The position numbers were made by a program, and so were the translations under genes. A stretch of DNA of 64,000 bases, taken from the NCBI RefSeq assembly GCF_963921235.1, contig NC_086097.1, positions 190,218,001 to 190,282,000 on the forward strand. Reading direction: 5' to 3'. Below, in pieces: positions 49,484 through 63,386 of the stretch. The notes beneath the pieces are model-generated. The model searched no databases. It was not told the DNA's origin and saw nothing but the letters and a program-made list of their open reading frames with translations. Source of the stretch: Mobula hypostoma. Lineage: Eukaryota. Numbering within the stretch: position 1 is the first letter of the stretch; each line of letters opens with the position of its first letter.

Positions 49484-50038
49484 ATGGAATGTTGAGGCTT
49501 TATAAGGCACTGGTGAGGCCTCACTTGGAGTATTGTGGGCAGCTTTGGGCCCCTTATCTTAGACACTGGAAAGGGTTCAAAGGCGGTTCCAGGATTGAAC
49601 GTTTGATTTACCAGAATTCAGAAGAATTGGGGGGGGGGAGGGGGGGCGGGGAGGTCCTAATTGAAACCTACTGAGTGGTGAAAGGCCTTGACAGAGTGGA
49701 TGTAGAGAGGGTGTTTCCTATGGTGGGAGAGTTAAGGCCAAAAGACACGGCATCAGAATAGCAGGGCATCCTTTTAGAATGGAGGTGTGGAGGAATTTCT
49801 TAAGACAGACCGTGGTGAATCTGCGAAATTCAGTGCCACAGGCAGCTGCAGAGGCCAAGCCTTTATGTATGTTTAAGGCAGAGGTTGATAGATTCTGAAT
49901 TGGTCAAGGCGTAAAGGGATATGGGGAGAAGGCAGGAGATTGGTGCAGAGAGGAAAAATGGATCAGCCATGATGAAATGGCGGAGGAGACTTTATGAGCC
50001 AAATGGTGTAATTCTGCTCCTATAATTTGTGGTCTTAT
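49484..50038 (+). mobile_element. CR1 3' fragment
   Basis: MLRLYKALVRPHLEYCGQLWAP and a CR1 3' UTR. Confidence 0.85.
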
Positions 50039-51111
50039 CGATGGGGCCATGATGAATTATCCATCTACAACAATGGCTGCAAATGCTGTAGTCAGCGGTC
50101 AATCAGTGATTGGAAGCAAGTGAGGATGTACCTCACTCAGGTTGGCAAAGGGTATACCATCTGGATACTGTAGGGGGTAATGATCTTGCAGAGGAAAGTC
50201 ATAGTGGTCAGGTATCTAGCACTGAGTCTGGCTCTCTGAACCAGAAGTGAAGGGGGAAGAAGAGGCGTGCTGTGGTGATGGGGGATTTGTTAGTTAAGGA
50301 AACAAAAAGGAGGTTCTGTGTATGAGAATCAAGATTTCCAGATGGTGTGTTGCCACCCAGGTGCTAATGTATGGGACATCTCGGATCAAGTCCTCAGCCT
50401 TATTAAGTGGATGGTCAGCAGCTAGAGGTCATGGTCCATTTAACTATCGATAACATAGGCAGGAAAAGTGACGAGCTTCTGCAAAGTGAGTCAAGGGAGT
50501 TAGGTGCTAAGTTAAAGGGAGGGACATTGAAGGTTGTGATCTCAGTACTGTTTGCTGTGCCACATGCCAGTGAGCTCAGAAATAGGAAGATCATACAGTT
50601 TAACATATGGCTAAGGAGCTGGTGTAGGACAGAGTGTGTCTGAATTTTGGATCATTGAGCTCTTGTCCGGGGAAGGTGGGACCTTTACAGAAGAGACGGT
50701 TTGCACCTGAACATGAGGGGAATAATATCCTAGCTGGAAAGTTTGCTCGTGCTCCACGGCAAGGTAAGGGGGGGGGTGCATTTAAACTAGAGTTGCAGAT
50801 GGATGGTATCTAGGCCTCCAGAACAGATGGTTTAGAGGTTGTGAAGATGGATGTTATTAAGATCTCAGACAAAATCAGAAAACAAAAGATTGAGCATGGT
50901 GCGACTAAGAACCCGAGCTGTTTATATTTCAGTGCAAGAAGTATTGTAAGAAAGACAGATGGGATCAGAACAAGGATTATGATATTGTAGCCATTAGTGA
51001 GACTTTGATACAGCAGAGGCAGGACTGGTAGCTTAATATTACAGTACTCCATAGTTTTTGATGCAACAGAACTGGAGGGATTAAAGAGGGTGGGGTGGTG
51101 TCACTACACAG

Positions 51112-51987
51112 TGTTACGAGAATACACATAAAATTAAGATGTTTGCTGGCCTGGGCTAGCATCAGTGGCATCAGCAGTTGGTCTGCCACCTGCCCTCAGG
51201 GGAAGGAGAGATAAGGAACAATGGAGCAGCGTCTGGAGATGTGTAATGAAGGGATGTGGGAGAGAAAGCTGTCTGGAGCGGCTCCCCCCTTTGAACCCTG
51301 AACTGTTTGAAGTGATGGACAGGCGATACCCCAGCAGGGGGATAAAAAGGGACAGGTTCGCTAAGACAGACACACGCCACCCGAGGTAACGAGACCCTGG
51401 AAGCGGTGCGCCTCTCACGAGTGGTGAGAAGTACCGGACAACGCACAGGGTGGAAAGGTACGATCAGCGGGAACCCGGTGTGTGTCCGCCCTTGCCTGGG
51501 TGCCGGGTTCCCTGCAGAGGATCGACCGCATCTGGAGGAGGGGTCACAGTCGGTGACCTCAGGTGACATCACCAAGGACCCGCCCAAAAGCTGTTTGTGA
51601 GCCATCTCGCTGGTCTGTGAGCCATCTTGCTGGTCTGTGAGTGAAGCCGTTCTGAATGATGAGTTGTTCCTATTCTATCTCTCTCTTCCCCCACCTTGTC
51701 CATCGCCATGGCAACGATTACTGCGAACTGAACTACAAACTGGACTGAACTTTGAGTCATTTTGAAATTGGTCATTTACCCCTAGACAACGATAGAGCTT
51801 GATTGATGCTGTTATCTTAATTCTGTGCACATGTGTGGTTATCATTGTTGAATTGTTGCATTTATTATCCTTTCGATTACTGTGTTGCTTGTTTCTTTAA
51901 TAAAACTTTCTTAGTTCTAGTACTCCAGACTCCAACTGAGTGATCCATTTCTGCTGGTTTGGCAACCCAGTTACGGGGTACGTAACA
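51112..51987 (+). mobile_element. Solo LTR of the Gmr1-like family (opposite orientation)
   Basis: TGTTAC...GTAACA ends, TSD ACAG, reverse-complement homology to 31748-32643. Confidence 0.93.
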
Positions 51988-53766
51988 ACAGCGAAAGTGT
52001 CATGGCAGTGCTCAGTCAGGACAGACTGGAGAATTTGTCTACTGAGAAGTTATGGGTAGAACTGAGGAATAAGAAATGTATGACTACATTAATGGTGCTA
52101 AATTATAGATCACTCAACAGTTGGTAGGATTTAGAAGAACATGTCTGTGGGGAGATCACAGACTGTTGCAAGAAACATAAGGTTTTAATAGCAGGTGATT
52201 TTAACTTTCCATTATAGTAATTAGGACAACCATACTGTAAAAAACTGGATAGGATAGTGTTTATCATTTGTTTTCAGGAACATTCCCTTAATCAGTACAT
52301 GGAAGTCCCAACGAAAGAGTGCGTGATACTTGATCTGTTATCAGGGAATGAGGCAAGTCAGATGACAAAAGATTGCATAGGGGAACCTTTTGCATGTAGT
52401 GATATATTTCCAATAGTTTCAAAGTAAATATGGAAAATGATACGTCCGATCCACAGGTTGAGATTCTAAATTGGAGAAAGGTCATTTTTGATGTTATAAG
52501 ACAGGATCTGGCAAATGTGGATTGAGACAGGCGGTTTTCTGGCAAAGGCGTACTTGGTGACTGGGAGGTATTCAAAAGCTAACTTTTGAGAGTAAAAAGC
52601 TTTATGCGTCTGTCATAATGAAAGTCAAAGGGAACAGGTTTATGGAACCTTGGTCTTCAAGAGATATTGAGGCCCTAGTTAAGGGAAAAAGGAGGTGCAT
52701 AGTGGGTGTAGGCAGATAGGAACAAATGTGGTACTTATGGAATATAATAACTGCAAGAAAACACTTAAGAAAGCAATCAGGAGGGCTAAATGTAAGAATT
52801 TGGCCTTCCTGATTGCCCAAGCAGAAAAGGTAACGAAGAATCCCAAGGAATTCTACCGGTTATGTTTAGAGCAAAATGGCTGCAAGGGACAAAATTTGCT
52901 TCTCTAGAAGATCAGAATGGTACCTATCCATGGAGCTAAAAGAGATGGGGGAGATCTTAAAGGGATTTTTTGCATCTGTATTCACTTAGGAGATGGACAT
53001 AGGGTCTATAGAAGTGAGGCAAAGCAGCAGTGAGGTTATGGACTGTATACAAATTACAGAAGAGGAAGTGTTCGCTGTCTTGAGGCAAATTAGTGTGGAT
53101 ACAGCCCCAGGGCCTGATAAGGTGTTCCCTCGGACCCTGTGGGCTGCAAGTGTAGAAATTGCAGGAGCTCTATCAGAGATATTTAAATCATGCTTGGCGA
53201 CAGGTGAGGTACCAAAGGATTGGAGGATAGCTTATGTTGTTCTGTTGTTTACAAAAGGTTCTAAAAATAAACGAGGAAACTAAAGTCTGGTGACCTTGGA
53301 ATCAGTAGTGTGAACATTATTGGAAGTTATTCTAAGGGATCGGATATGTGAGAATTTGGATAGACGGGAACTGATTAGGGATAGTCAGCATGGCTTGATG
53401 TGTAGTAGGTCATATTTAACAAACCTTATAGAACTTTATGAGGAAGTTACCAGGAAAATGTATGAAGGCAAGGCAGTGGATGTTGGCTACATGGACGTCA
53501 GCAAGGCATTTGACAAGGGCCCATATGGAAGGTTGGTCAAGAAGGTTCAGTTGCTTGGCATTGAACATGAGGTAGTAGATTAGATTAGAAATTGACTTTC
53601 TGAGAGAAGCCAGAGAGAAGTAGTGGATGGCTATCTCTCTGACTGGAGGACTATGATTAGTGGAGTGCCGCAAGGATTGGTGTTCGGCTTGTTGTTGTGT
53701 CTCATCTATATCAATGACTTGAATATAATGTGATTAATTGGATCTGTAAATTTGAAGATGACACCA

Positions 53767-54098
53767 CTAGAGTGAACTCCTGCCTCAGCAAGGACCTGGA
53801 CCCATTGCAATTTACCTATCGCTACAATGGGTCAAAGGCAGACACAATCTTAATGGCTCAGCACACGGTTTTAGACCACCTAGACAAACACAAACACCTA
53901 TGTCAGGATGCTGTTCATCGACTATAGCTCAGCACTTAATACCGTCATTCCTACAATCCTGATTGAGAAGTTGCAGAACCTGAGCCTCTGTACCTCCCTC
54001 CGCAATTGGATTGTATTATGTATTGCATTGAACTGCTGCTGCTAAGTTAACAAATTTCACGCCACATGCCGGTGATAATAAACCTGATTCTGATTCTG
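53767..54098 (+). mobile_element. Internally deleted Rex1/Babar fragment inside CR1
   Basis: NSCLSKDLDPLQF region joined at ~54011 directly to the 3' UTR and (ATTCTG)n tail. Same family as 38575-41442. Confidence 0.85.
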
Positions 54099-56514
54099 TC
54101 TCTGACAATTGGGGATGTAGGGGACAGCAAGAAAGACTATTCGAGCTTGCAATGGGATCTGGACCAGCTGGAAAAATGAGCTGAAAAATGACAAGTGGAA
54201 TTTAATTTAGATAAGTGCGAGGTCTTGCCCTTTGGTATGACCAATCAGGGTAGGTCTTACATAGTGAATGGGACGGCACGGAGGAGTGTAGTAGAACAAA
54301 GGGATCTGGGAATAAAGGTCCATAACCCATTGAACATGGTAGCACAGGTAGGTAGGGTCATAAAGAAAGCTTTTGGCACATTGGCCTTCACAGATCAAAG
54401 TATTGAGTACCGGAGATAAGATGTTTTGTTGAAGTTGTATAAGACGTTGGTGAGGCCTAATTTAGAGTATTGTATGCAGTTTTGGTCACCTACTTACAGG
54501 AAGGATGTAGATATGTTTGAAAGAGTACAGAGAAAATGTACAAGGATGGTGTCAGGTTATATGGAAAGGTTGAATAGGTTAGGAAGGGGAACGTGAGGGG
54601 AAACTCCTTCAGACAGAGAGTCGTGTGAGTGTGGAACAAGCTGTCTAGGCGAGTGGTGAATGCAAGCTCAATTTCAGCATTGAAAAAAAGTTTGGATAGG
54701 TACGTAGGTGGCAGGGATATGGAGAATTATGGCATGGGTGCAGCTTGATGGGAGTAGGCACTTTTATTGGTTCAGCACAGACTAGATGGGCTGATGGACC
54801 CGTTTCTGTGCTGCACTTTCCTATGACTCTGTGACTCGTGCTTTTAGCCATCACTTGTAAGTCATGTCTTGAGGTAATGTTCAAAGATCCACCACTCTCA
54901 TTATTTCTTGAGTTGCCCAATTCAGGTCACAAATAGTGATTTGAGGGCTGCAGAGCTTTGATCATTGCTGAAATGTTATGAGATTAGATTGAAGGTTGGG
55001 AGGCTTGATAGAGCCTTGGATATTTGTGGGGCAAGGGGCGAAACATGAGGTGGTAGATTTCAGGTCAGTTTTCCACTTGGTGGCAAATGGGATGTGAGAG
55101 CAGGGAAAAGAAGAATAAACTATTTAACTAGTAGATATCTCTGCCTGCCACTCTGCTGGGTAAGTTGTCCTGTAACATCTAATAGTGAGTGCTCCCTGCA
55201 GAAGCTGGTCCAAATTCCTTTTCCTGTATTTGCTCTGAAAGATTGTGCAGGGAATTATGGCACAAAACTCATTTGCCTAGAAATGTCCATTCAAATTACT
55301 AGTGATGTGACATGTCCCAGAAATGATTGTTATCGTGTCTCACACCAGAAAAAAAAATGGTATTCTATTGCATACCACTGAGGAAAAAGAAAGTGTTATG
55401 CAATTGAATTTTTAGATAATTATACCTTTGTATAGCTGCTAACCACCTATTATTTCAAATTTTAAAATGAGCCTGGTTGAGCAAGAAAAAAACTTTTGCT
55501 GGAAATTATATATTTGTAGAGCACAGATGAATATTTTAACTCTATCTGTCACATGCACCCATCTGTCAGCACAACAACCATCTTTGAATGTAACACTCAA
55601 CTAACATTCATATAATATCCATTGTCTTCAAACCTTTTCACTAAAACATATTTCAGTCATAAGAGAAGCACTTAAAAATGTCATTAGAGATATATTACAA
55701 GATGATAATGTCTTTGCTGATAAGCTTTCAGAAGTTCAATTAAATAAAAATAATTTAGGCGATCAACAAAATATAGTGCACTTTTTCTACTTTCTAAAGG
55801 TACTCATCTGAGATTTTTATTTTACTCACAGTGATGCTAATCACATTTTGTATATCAGTCATTTTTCAGTTATATATCTTGTTAGTGAAAATGTCATCTG
55901 TCACTTAAGTACAAAATGAACAGGCTGTTCCTGTCTATATCCAATATCAAGAGAAACACATTTCCCACAGTGTGGCTACAATCACAATCGTTGGCTTGTT
56001 CGTACCCTCTCATTTCACGCCAATTTCCATGTTCCTACTGGACTCCCTCTGAGATCAACTACTTCAACATAACAGTAAAATAATTTTTGACAACATACGA
56101 AACTGTTGCACAGCTATTAGATTTTTAAAATTCTGTATCAAGTCGGAAAGAAATAAAGGTAGTGTTTCAGGAATGAAAATAAATCATCTGTTTGTATTTT
56201 ATATTTATGAATAGCTAACTAGTTAAAAGGTGGCTTCAGAAAAATATGCAGCACTTTGAACTAGCTGAAACCCCAGGTGTATTCATATCTTCTGGATGTT
56301 TCACATGCATAGTGACAGTTCATTGTAATTGCACAGTTCAGTGGAACCAAGATCAGCTATTTTCAGTTTTCACTTCTTCAATGAGGAAAATCCATTACAT
56401 TGTAAAAGGCATGCATCTTTCAGTTGCTGCACAAAGATGGAAGGAAAAGCAAATTTATTCCTAAAAGAAACTTTCCTTAGAGAGGCAAATACTAAATCAG
56501 TTTGTTCCCAAGTT

Positions 56515-57355
56515 AAGACAGGCTTAGTTCAGTATATACTATTTTCACCTCAGTGTCTGTGGGATCAAATGCCTCTCCAGAGACATGAGCTCAAAACCCA
56601 GGTTTAATTCTAGTGTTGTATAGTTGTTGGCTGCAGAATTCAAGATTCTTTCCTGACAACTAATACTAAACATTTATTTATTTGTTTATTTTAGTGATGT
56701 AGCGTGGAGTGGGCCCTTCCAGCCCCTTGAGCAGTGCCTTCCCAGCAACCCCTTAACCCTGATTAACTCGAACCTAATCACTGGACAGTTTACAACAACC
56801 AATTAACTTATCTGGTACATCTTTGGACTGTGGGAAGAAATCAGAGAACTCGGAGAAAATCCATCCATCCCATAGGGAGGATGTACAGGGACTCCTTACA
56901 GAACGATGTCTGAATTGAACTCCAAAATCTGCAATGCCTCGAGCTGAAATAGCATTACATTAACCACTACGCTACTGTGGTGTCCTAGAGTGGCAGTAGG
57001 ATATTGTTGTATCCTGAAATGTTCAATCCAAGGAACCCAATTAAATGAAACATTTACTTTTGACTGACAATAATGATGGGAAATTAATTTCTGATACCTG
57101 TTAAACTAAGATTAAGCCAAGGCTCTGTCTGTGCTCTCAGATGACTCTATTTTTAACAGCAGGAGAAGTGTGTAATTGACAGATATAACAAATGTTTCTC
57201 ACACAAGACTAAATATAAATGATCTGGTCATTCCTACAGAACTGCTTTTCACCACTTCTTTTCCTACTTGACCACATTTCACAGGTATTTCATTGGCTCC
57301 AAGTTAGTCTGGAATATCTTGAAATGGTTGTGAAAGATGCAAGACTTTTCTTTCA
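56515..57355 (+). mobile_element. Old DeuSINE (SacSINE1-like), interrupted by a V-SINE
   Basis: Head TGTGGGATCAAATGCCTCTCCAGAGACATGAGC; body AAGGCTCTGTCTGTGCTCTCAG...GATCTGGTCATT...TTCATTGGCT...GTTGTGAAAG. Matched from memory of the consensus. Confidence 0.5.
56672..56984 (-). mobile_element. tRNA-derived V-SINE (HE1-like)
   Basis: Minus-strand A box TAGCGTAGTGG and B box GTTCAATTC, V-domain-like TTCCCACAGTCCAAAGA, (AAAT)n tail. Confidence 0.8.
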
Positions 57356-58351
57356 AGGTGTCGATGAAGAGAATGCTTGAGTAAAGTGGTGCATTGTTGT
57401 CAACTGTCTTTGGGACGACAAAGGGTTTATACTCCTGCCTGTCGAGATCTTAAAATCATTTCCATAGTACCAGTTAGACATCATAAAGTATAAATTGCAA
57501 CATTTTAGAGGACCTTCCCTTCAACATGAACAACTTCATTGCAATGAAATTAAATTAATTAAGCCTAATCAAAATAAAATTAACATGCTGCTCAACACTT
57601 TCAATTTGTATTCACGTATCTCCATTTCTCACTGATAAAGCAGTTCTCTTTTTTAACAGTTCCATAGCAGATTTTATATGAAAAAGTGTTGACCCTTATT
57701 AGATTTTATGGCTATTTTGGACATAAATATTTGAGTGAAGAATTAAATTTGCAGCTCATTTTTAAAATAATTTATACACCCATGGGTTTGAATATGGAGA
57801 ATGAGGGTCAGGACAACAATGTGCATCTGAATGTGAAATTATGTTATGTGGCACCATTCTATATATTGTGGAAAGGTCAAGCAAGTTGTGTTTTGCATCT
57901 CATAAGAAAATATTTGGACTAAGGATGAAAATTCCAGTCGAAAATGTAGGTTTTATGGAGCATCTTGAAAGACAGCATTGATAAGAGCCTTTGGAAAGTG
58001 ATCTCGAAGCCCAGAGCTATGTACCTAAAGGTAGCATTACTAATAGTGCAGCAATTAAAATTGATGAGGTGCTGGGTGCTAGAAGTGGAGAAATGGCTTA
58101 GTTAATAGCCTGTCAGTTTTGCTGTTTAAAGTGCAGAGTTTTCCCTGTGCCTAACTGCAGTTACTTATCTTCTAAGGAAAACCTTTTGTTATTCATTACC
58201 TGCCTTTGTATAATGTTGATTGAACTACAGTCATTCTGATAGGTTCAGAATGATTAAATATGCAGAGATTCTGTGAAACATTTCCCAATTTATGGCCGTT
58301 CAGTAATTAGTTGATCAACAGTGTGTCTGTAATCACCTTATTTGGGACTAA

Positions 58352-61300
58352 GGCTACGTCCACAATAGACAGGATAATTTTGAAAACGTCAGTTTCGCGT
58401 AAAAATAATAGGCATCCACACCAGGCATTTTTGAAAATAGCTCCGTCCTCATTAAAACGGGTATTTGGGCGAATCTCCTCCTACTGGGCATGCGCAGGAC
58501 ACATCTACAGAATTCACCCGCTTCGACGATTACGCCAGACTCCGACAGTTTGGACCAAGCAACTTTGGTGTGTTTGGTGTGGAATCTCGCCGTGAAAGAC
58601 TTGGTGCATGTTTGTCCATTTACAGACTACAAAAGCTTAAAAGGAAATTGCCAAACGACGGACAGCTGTTGGTTCTCGCGCAGGAGGACTTAAAACTAAA
58701 AAAACAAATACTGGAGCGTATGGAGGCAACCGACAGGGAGTTCACGGACAGTATGACCCGGCTGACAATGAACATTGAAAAACTAACTAAAACTGACAGA
58801 GGGATTTGCAATGATGAGGAATATGATGGCTTCCCCCAAGTACTTTTCACCACCACAAACTAGCCTCACAGCCACTACAATAGCTACACAACGTACACAC
58901 AGACCCCCGGGTGCCCCCACCAACATCTTCCCCATTCCCACGGGGGGTCACCCAGGAAAGATTTCCTACAGCCATAGTCTCTTCACCAATGAAAGGGTCG
59001 ATAGCTACAGCTAAATGCAGTAAGGCTTGTTACTGGGCAAAAGTGAAATTTGCTGTTACCTCATTTGTTTGCCTTTACTTTTGCCACAACTTTCTGTATT
59101 ATTTTGCTGTATTTAACATGTGCAATAAAACGAGTTACTGTGCAAAAGTGATTTTATTTTTACCTGAGTAAGAGTGAAACTTACAATTTTCATTTTTTGG
59201 CCTTAACATTTTCATGTCTCTGCCAAACATAAGCTACTACTTAAAAATGACATTTTGGAAGTAGTGACAATTGCATCTATTGAATGTTTGCACAAGCAAT
59301 ACATTAATAAGTCACCTTGTTAAATGTATAAAACATGTCTGCATCAGTGTTATCTTGTATTTCCATACAATGTTACATTAGGCTGTTAGGCTGGTACTGG
59401 ACCCCAAGAAGGGGAGTTTGTGGAGTCCCTCCGAGATAGATTCTTAGAACAGCTTGTACTGGAGCTTACCAGAGATAACGCAATTCTAGATTTAGTGTTG
59501 TGCAATGAACCGGATTTGATCGGGGACCTCGAGGTAAAGGAGCCATTAGGAGGTACTGACCATAATATGATAAGTTTTAATCTACAATTTGAGAGGGAGA
59601 AGGGAAACTCGGAAGTGTCAGTATTACGGTTGAACAAAGGGAACTATGGTGCTATGAGGGAGGAGCTGGCCAAAGTTCAATGGAACAATATCCTAGCAGG
59701 GATGACAGTGGAACAGCAATGGCAAGTGTTTCTGGGAATAATGCGGAAGGTGCAGGATCAGTTCGTTCCAAAGAGGAAGAAAGATCCCAAGGACAGTAAG
59801 GGGAGGCCGTGGCTGACAAGGGAAGTAATGGACAGTATAAAAATAAAAGAGAAGAAGTATAACATAGCAAAGACGAGTGGGAAGCCGGAGGATTGGGAAA
59901 CTTTTAAAGAGCAACAGAAGGTAACTAAAAAGTCAATATGTGGAGAAAAAAATGAGGTATGAAGGTTATCTAGCCAAGAATATAAAGGAGGATGGTAAAA
60001 GCTTCTTCAGGTATGTGAAAAGGAAAAAAATAGTTAAGACCAAAATTGGGCCCTTGAAGACAGAAACAGCTGAATTTATTATGGGGAACAAAGAAATGGC
60101 AGACGAGTTGAACAGGTACTTTGTATCTGTCTTCACTAGGGAAGACACAAACAATCTCCCAGATATAATAGTGGCCAAAGGCCCTAGGGCAAAGGATGAA
60201 CCAAAGGAAATTTATATTAGGCAGGAAATGGTGTTGGATAGACTGTTGGGTCTGAAGGCTGATAAGTCCCTGGGACCTGATGGTCTGCATCCCAGGGTAC
60301 TTAAGGAGGTGACTTTAGAAATCATGGACGCATTGGTAATCATTTTCCAATGTTCAGGATCAGGATCAGTTCCTGTGGATTGGAGGGTGGCTAATGTTGT
60401 CCCTCTCTTCAAGAAGGGAGGAAGAGAGAAAACAGGGAATTATAGATCGGTTAGCCTGATGTCAGTGGTGGGAAAGATGCTGGAGTCAATTATAAAAGAT
60501 GAAATTACGACACATCTGGATAGCAGTAACAAGATCGTTTCAAGTCAGCATGGATTTACGAAGGGGAAATCGTGCTTGACTAATCTTCTGGAATTTTTTG
60601 AGGGTGTAACTATGAAAATGGACAAGGGAGAGCCAGTGGATGTAGTGAACCTGGACTTTCAGAAAGACTTTGATAAAGTCCCACATAGCAGATTAGTGGG
60701 CAAAATTAGGGCGCATGGTATTGGGGGCAGAGTACTGACATGGATTGAAAATTGGCTGGCTGACAGAAAACAAAGAGTAGCGATTAACGGGTCCCTTTTG
60801 GAATGGCAGGCGGTGACCAGTGGGGTACCGCAGGGTTCAGGGCTGGGACCGCAGCTGTTTACAATATATATTAATGATTTAGATGAGGGAATTAAAAGTA
60901 ACATTAGCAAATTTGCCGATGACACAAAGCTGGGTGGCAGTGTGAAATGTGAGGAGGATGTTATGAAAATGCAGGGTGGCTTGGACAGGCTGGATGAGTG
61001 GGGGATGCATGACAGAAGCAGTTTAATGTGGATAAATGTGAGGTTATCCACTTTGGTGTAAGAACAGGAAGGCAGATTATTATCTAAATGGAGTCAAGTT
61101 AGGACAAGGGGAAGTACAACAAGATCTAGGTGTTGTACATCAGTCACTGAAAGCAAGCATGCAAGTTCAGCAGGCTGTGAAGAAAGCTAATGGCATGCTG
61201 GCCTTCATAACAAGGGGAATTGAGTATAAGAGCAAAGAGGTCCTTCTGCAGCTGTACAGGGCCCTGGTGAGACCACACCTGGAGTTCTGTGTGCAGTTTT

Positions 61301-62363
61301 GGTCTCCAAATTTGAGGAAGGACATTCTTGCTATTGAGGGAGTGCAGCGTAGGTTCACAAGGTTAATTCCCAGGATGGCGGGACTGTCATATGTCAAAAG
61401 ATTGGAGTGACTGGTCTTGTATACTCTGGAATTTAGAAGGCTGAGAGGGGATCTGATTAAAACATATTAAGATTATTAAGGGATTGGACACACTGGAGGC
61501 AGGAAGCATGTTTCCGCTGATGGCTGAGTCCAGAACCAGAGGCCACAGTTTAAGAATACGGGGTAGGCCATTTAGAACGGAGTTGAAGAAAAACCTTTTC
61601 ACCCAGAGAGTGGTGGATATATGGAATGCTCTGCCCCAGAAGGCAGTGGAGGCCAAGTTTCTGGATGCTTTCAAGAAAGAGATGGATAGAGCTCTTAAAG
61701 ATAGCGGAATCAAAGGTTATGGGGATAAGGCAGGAACTGGATACTGATTGTGGATGATCAGCCATGATCATAGTGAATGGCGGTGCTGGCTCGAAGGGCC
61801 AAATGGCCTACTCCTGCACCTATTGTCTGTTGTACACATCTACTGTCTGAGAAGTGCTTGCATAAATAGGTAAACCACCTCCATACAAGCAAGGACAGAA
61901 AACAAAGCAAAGTGAGTATACTTATTTATTCAGTAAGTTATGGGTCAAAGTGTCTGGTGAATACATTTCTAACTCTTCTGACTTCAGTCTTGTTGCCATC
62001 TGTTCTGAAATTGTTAGGTTGTATGGGGGGTTGAAATTAACATATACAATAAAGTAAACAACACTCACATGAAGCCGTCTGCCATTGTTGTGGTGTTGGA
62101 GGTTGCGTTCAAGAAAACAATGAAATGCCGCGCTCCCGCCACCATCCGTTTCGGCACGTCATGACAGCGTTTTTAAAAAGAGCCAGCTACCCCGTACACA
62201 CTACAGCGGCCATTAGGCGTTTTCAGATTTATTCACTCTGGAGAGCATTTTTGAAAAGCTCCATTTTCGGGAGAGGAAAACGCCGTTTCAATGTGGACGG
62301 AGGGTCAAAATGAAGAGAAAAGGCTTCGGTTATGGATTTATCTGGTCTAGTGTGGTTGTAGCC
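58352..62363 (+). mobile_element. PIF/Harbinger DNA transposon, non-autonomous, with nested CR1
   Basis: TIRs GGCTACGTCCACAATAGACAGGATAA and (reverse complement) GGCTACAACCACACTAGACCAGATAA. 3-bp flanks TAA/TGA. Subterminal CCACAC and AAAACG repeats. Confidence 0.8.
59388..61832 (+). mobile_element. CR1 LINE ORF2 (endonuclease C-terminus + RT) with few lesions
   Basis: ORFs 59420-59962, 59940-61061, 61159-61410, 61484-61747; TDHN, KFADDTK; (TATTGTC)-type tail. Confidence 0.95.
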
Positions 62364-63386
62364 TGAAGTAAACCCCACAAATCTGTGAATGCTGATGTAA
62401 TAATAGCCTTAAGATGCACGGGGATAGACAAGAGAATTTAAATGCAAGCTTCTTTGTTCCGTTAAACTTGATCAGCAGCATTTTAACTGGATACAGGAAG
62501 GATTTCATTGTTTTCTCAGTTACTTTCTCAGGTCATTACATGACAACATATGCTGCAGAACAGAGCTGGATGAACTGTCAGCTTTCTGATTACTGCATAA
62601 GAGTGGACATCTAATAATGTTTGGCATTGATTTGAAATTATATTTATAACCCAGAGAAATAATTACTGGCATTTCAATGTCCAGACTGACAGATAAAAGT
62701 AGGAAGGTTTGATACAAAATGTAGCATAATGACAGATAATAAAATTGCAGTTAAATCTCTGAGCCAGAATGATGACAAAAGATAGGTAGAGCTCAGACAG
62801 AATATGGATTCTTGCTATCTATATGCTTCTTCAAGTACAAGTGTGATTTCTATTCAGAAGCACCCAGTTATGATTCTGCCATGAAATGATTGTGATCATG
62901 TACCACTCCACAAAAAATCAATTTCCAAATGCATAGCAAAGAAAATAAAATTACAATGCATTTGTATTGCTTGGTGTATGTACTTCATTCAAACTGGTTC
63001 TAGGTAACTGCATCATCAGTAACTTCCAATTGTAGTGCACTAGAATTCAAATTATATGCCATGTCTTGTACACTCTTTCTGTTTTCTCTTCATTCTTCTT
63101 TACCCAATTATGTTTTCTGTATGACTTCATATGAATATATGAATACACAAATTGAATCAGAAGAATATACCTCACTTGTATTAGAAGAATTAAAAAATAA
63201 GCTGAACAACTTTTGTTCTGTGAAAGCTTGCATTTTAATATTATATTGGAAATGTGCGGGGGGTTGTTAACTTGTTCTGCCTGGTTTCAGGTCAGCAGGA
63301 CAGCAGTTAAAACTCAGTTGGTGAAATTATGTTCCCGACTTGATCTTCAAGCTAGGGAAAAAAAAACCCACACCTAAAATAGGCTG

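Larger units (their letters stand above)
50150..54837 (+). mobile_element. Long decayed CR1 with ORF1 esterase-like region and ORF2; hosts a solo LTR and a Rex fragment
   Basis: VCCHPGA, VVISVLFAVPHASELRNRKIIQFNIWLRSWC (SGNH-type ORF1); AGDFNF, YMDVSKAFDK; CTATGACT tail. Confidence 0.88.
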
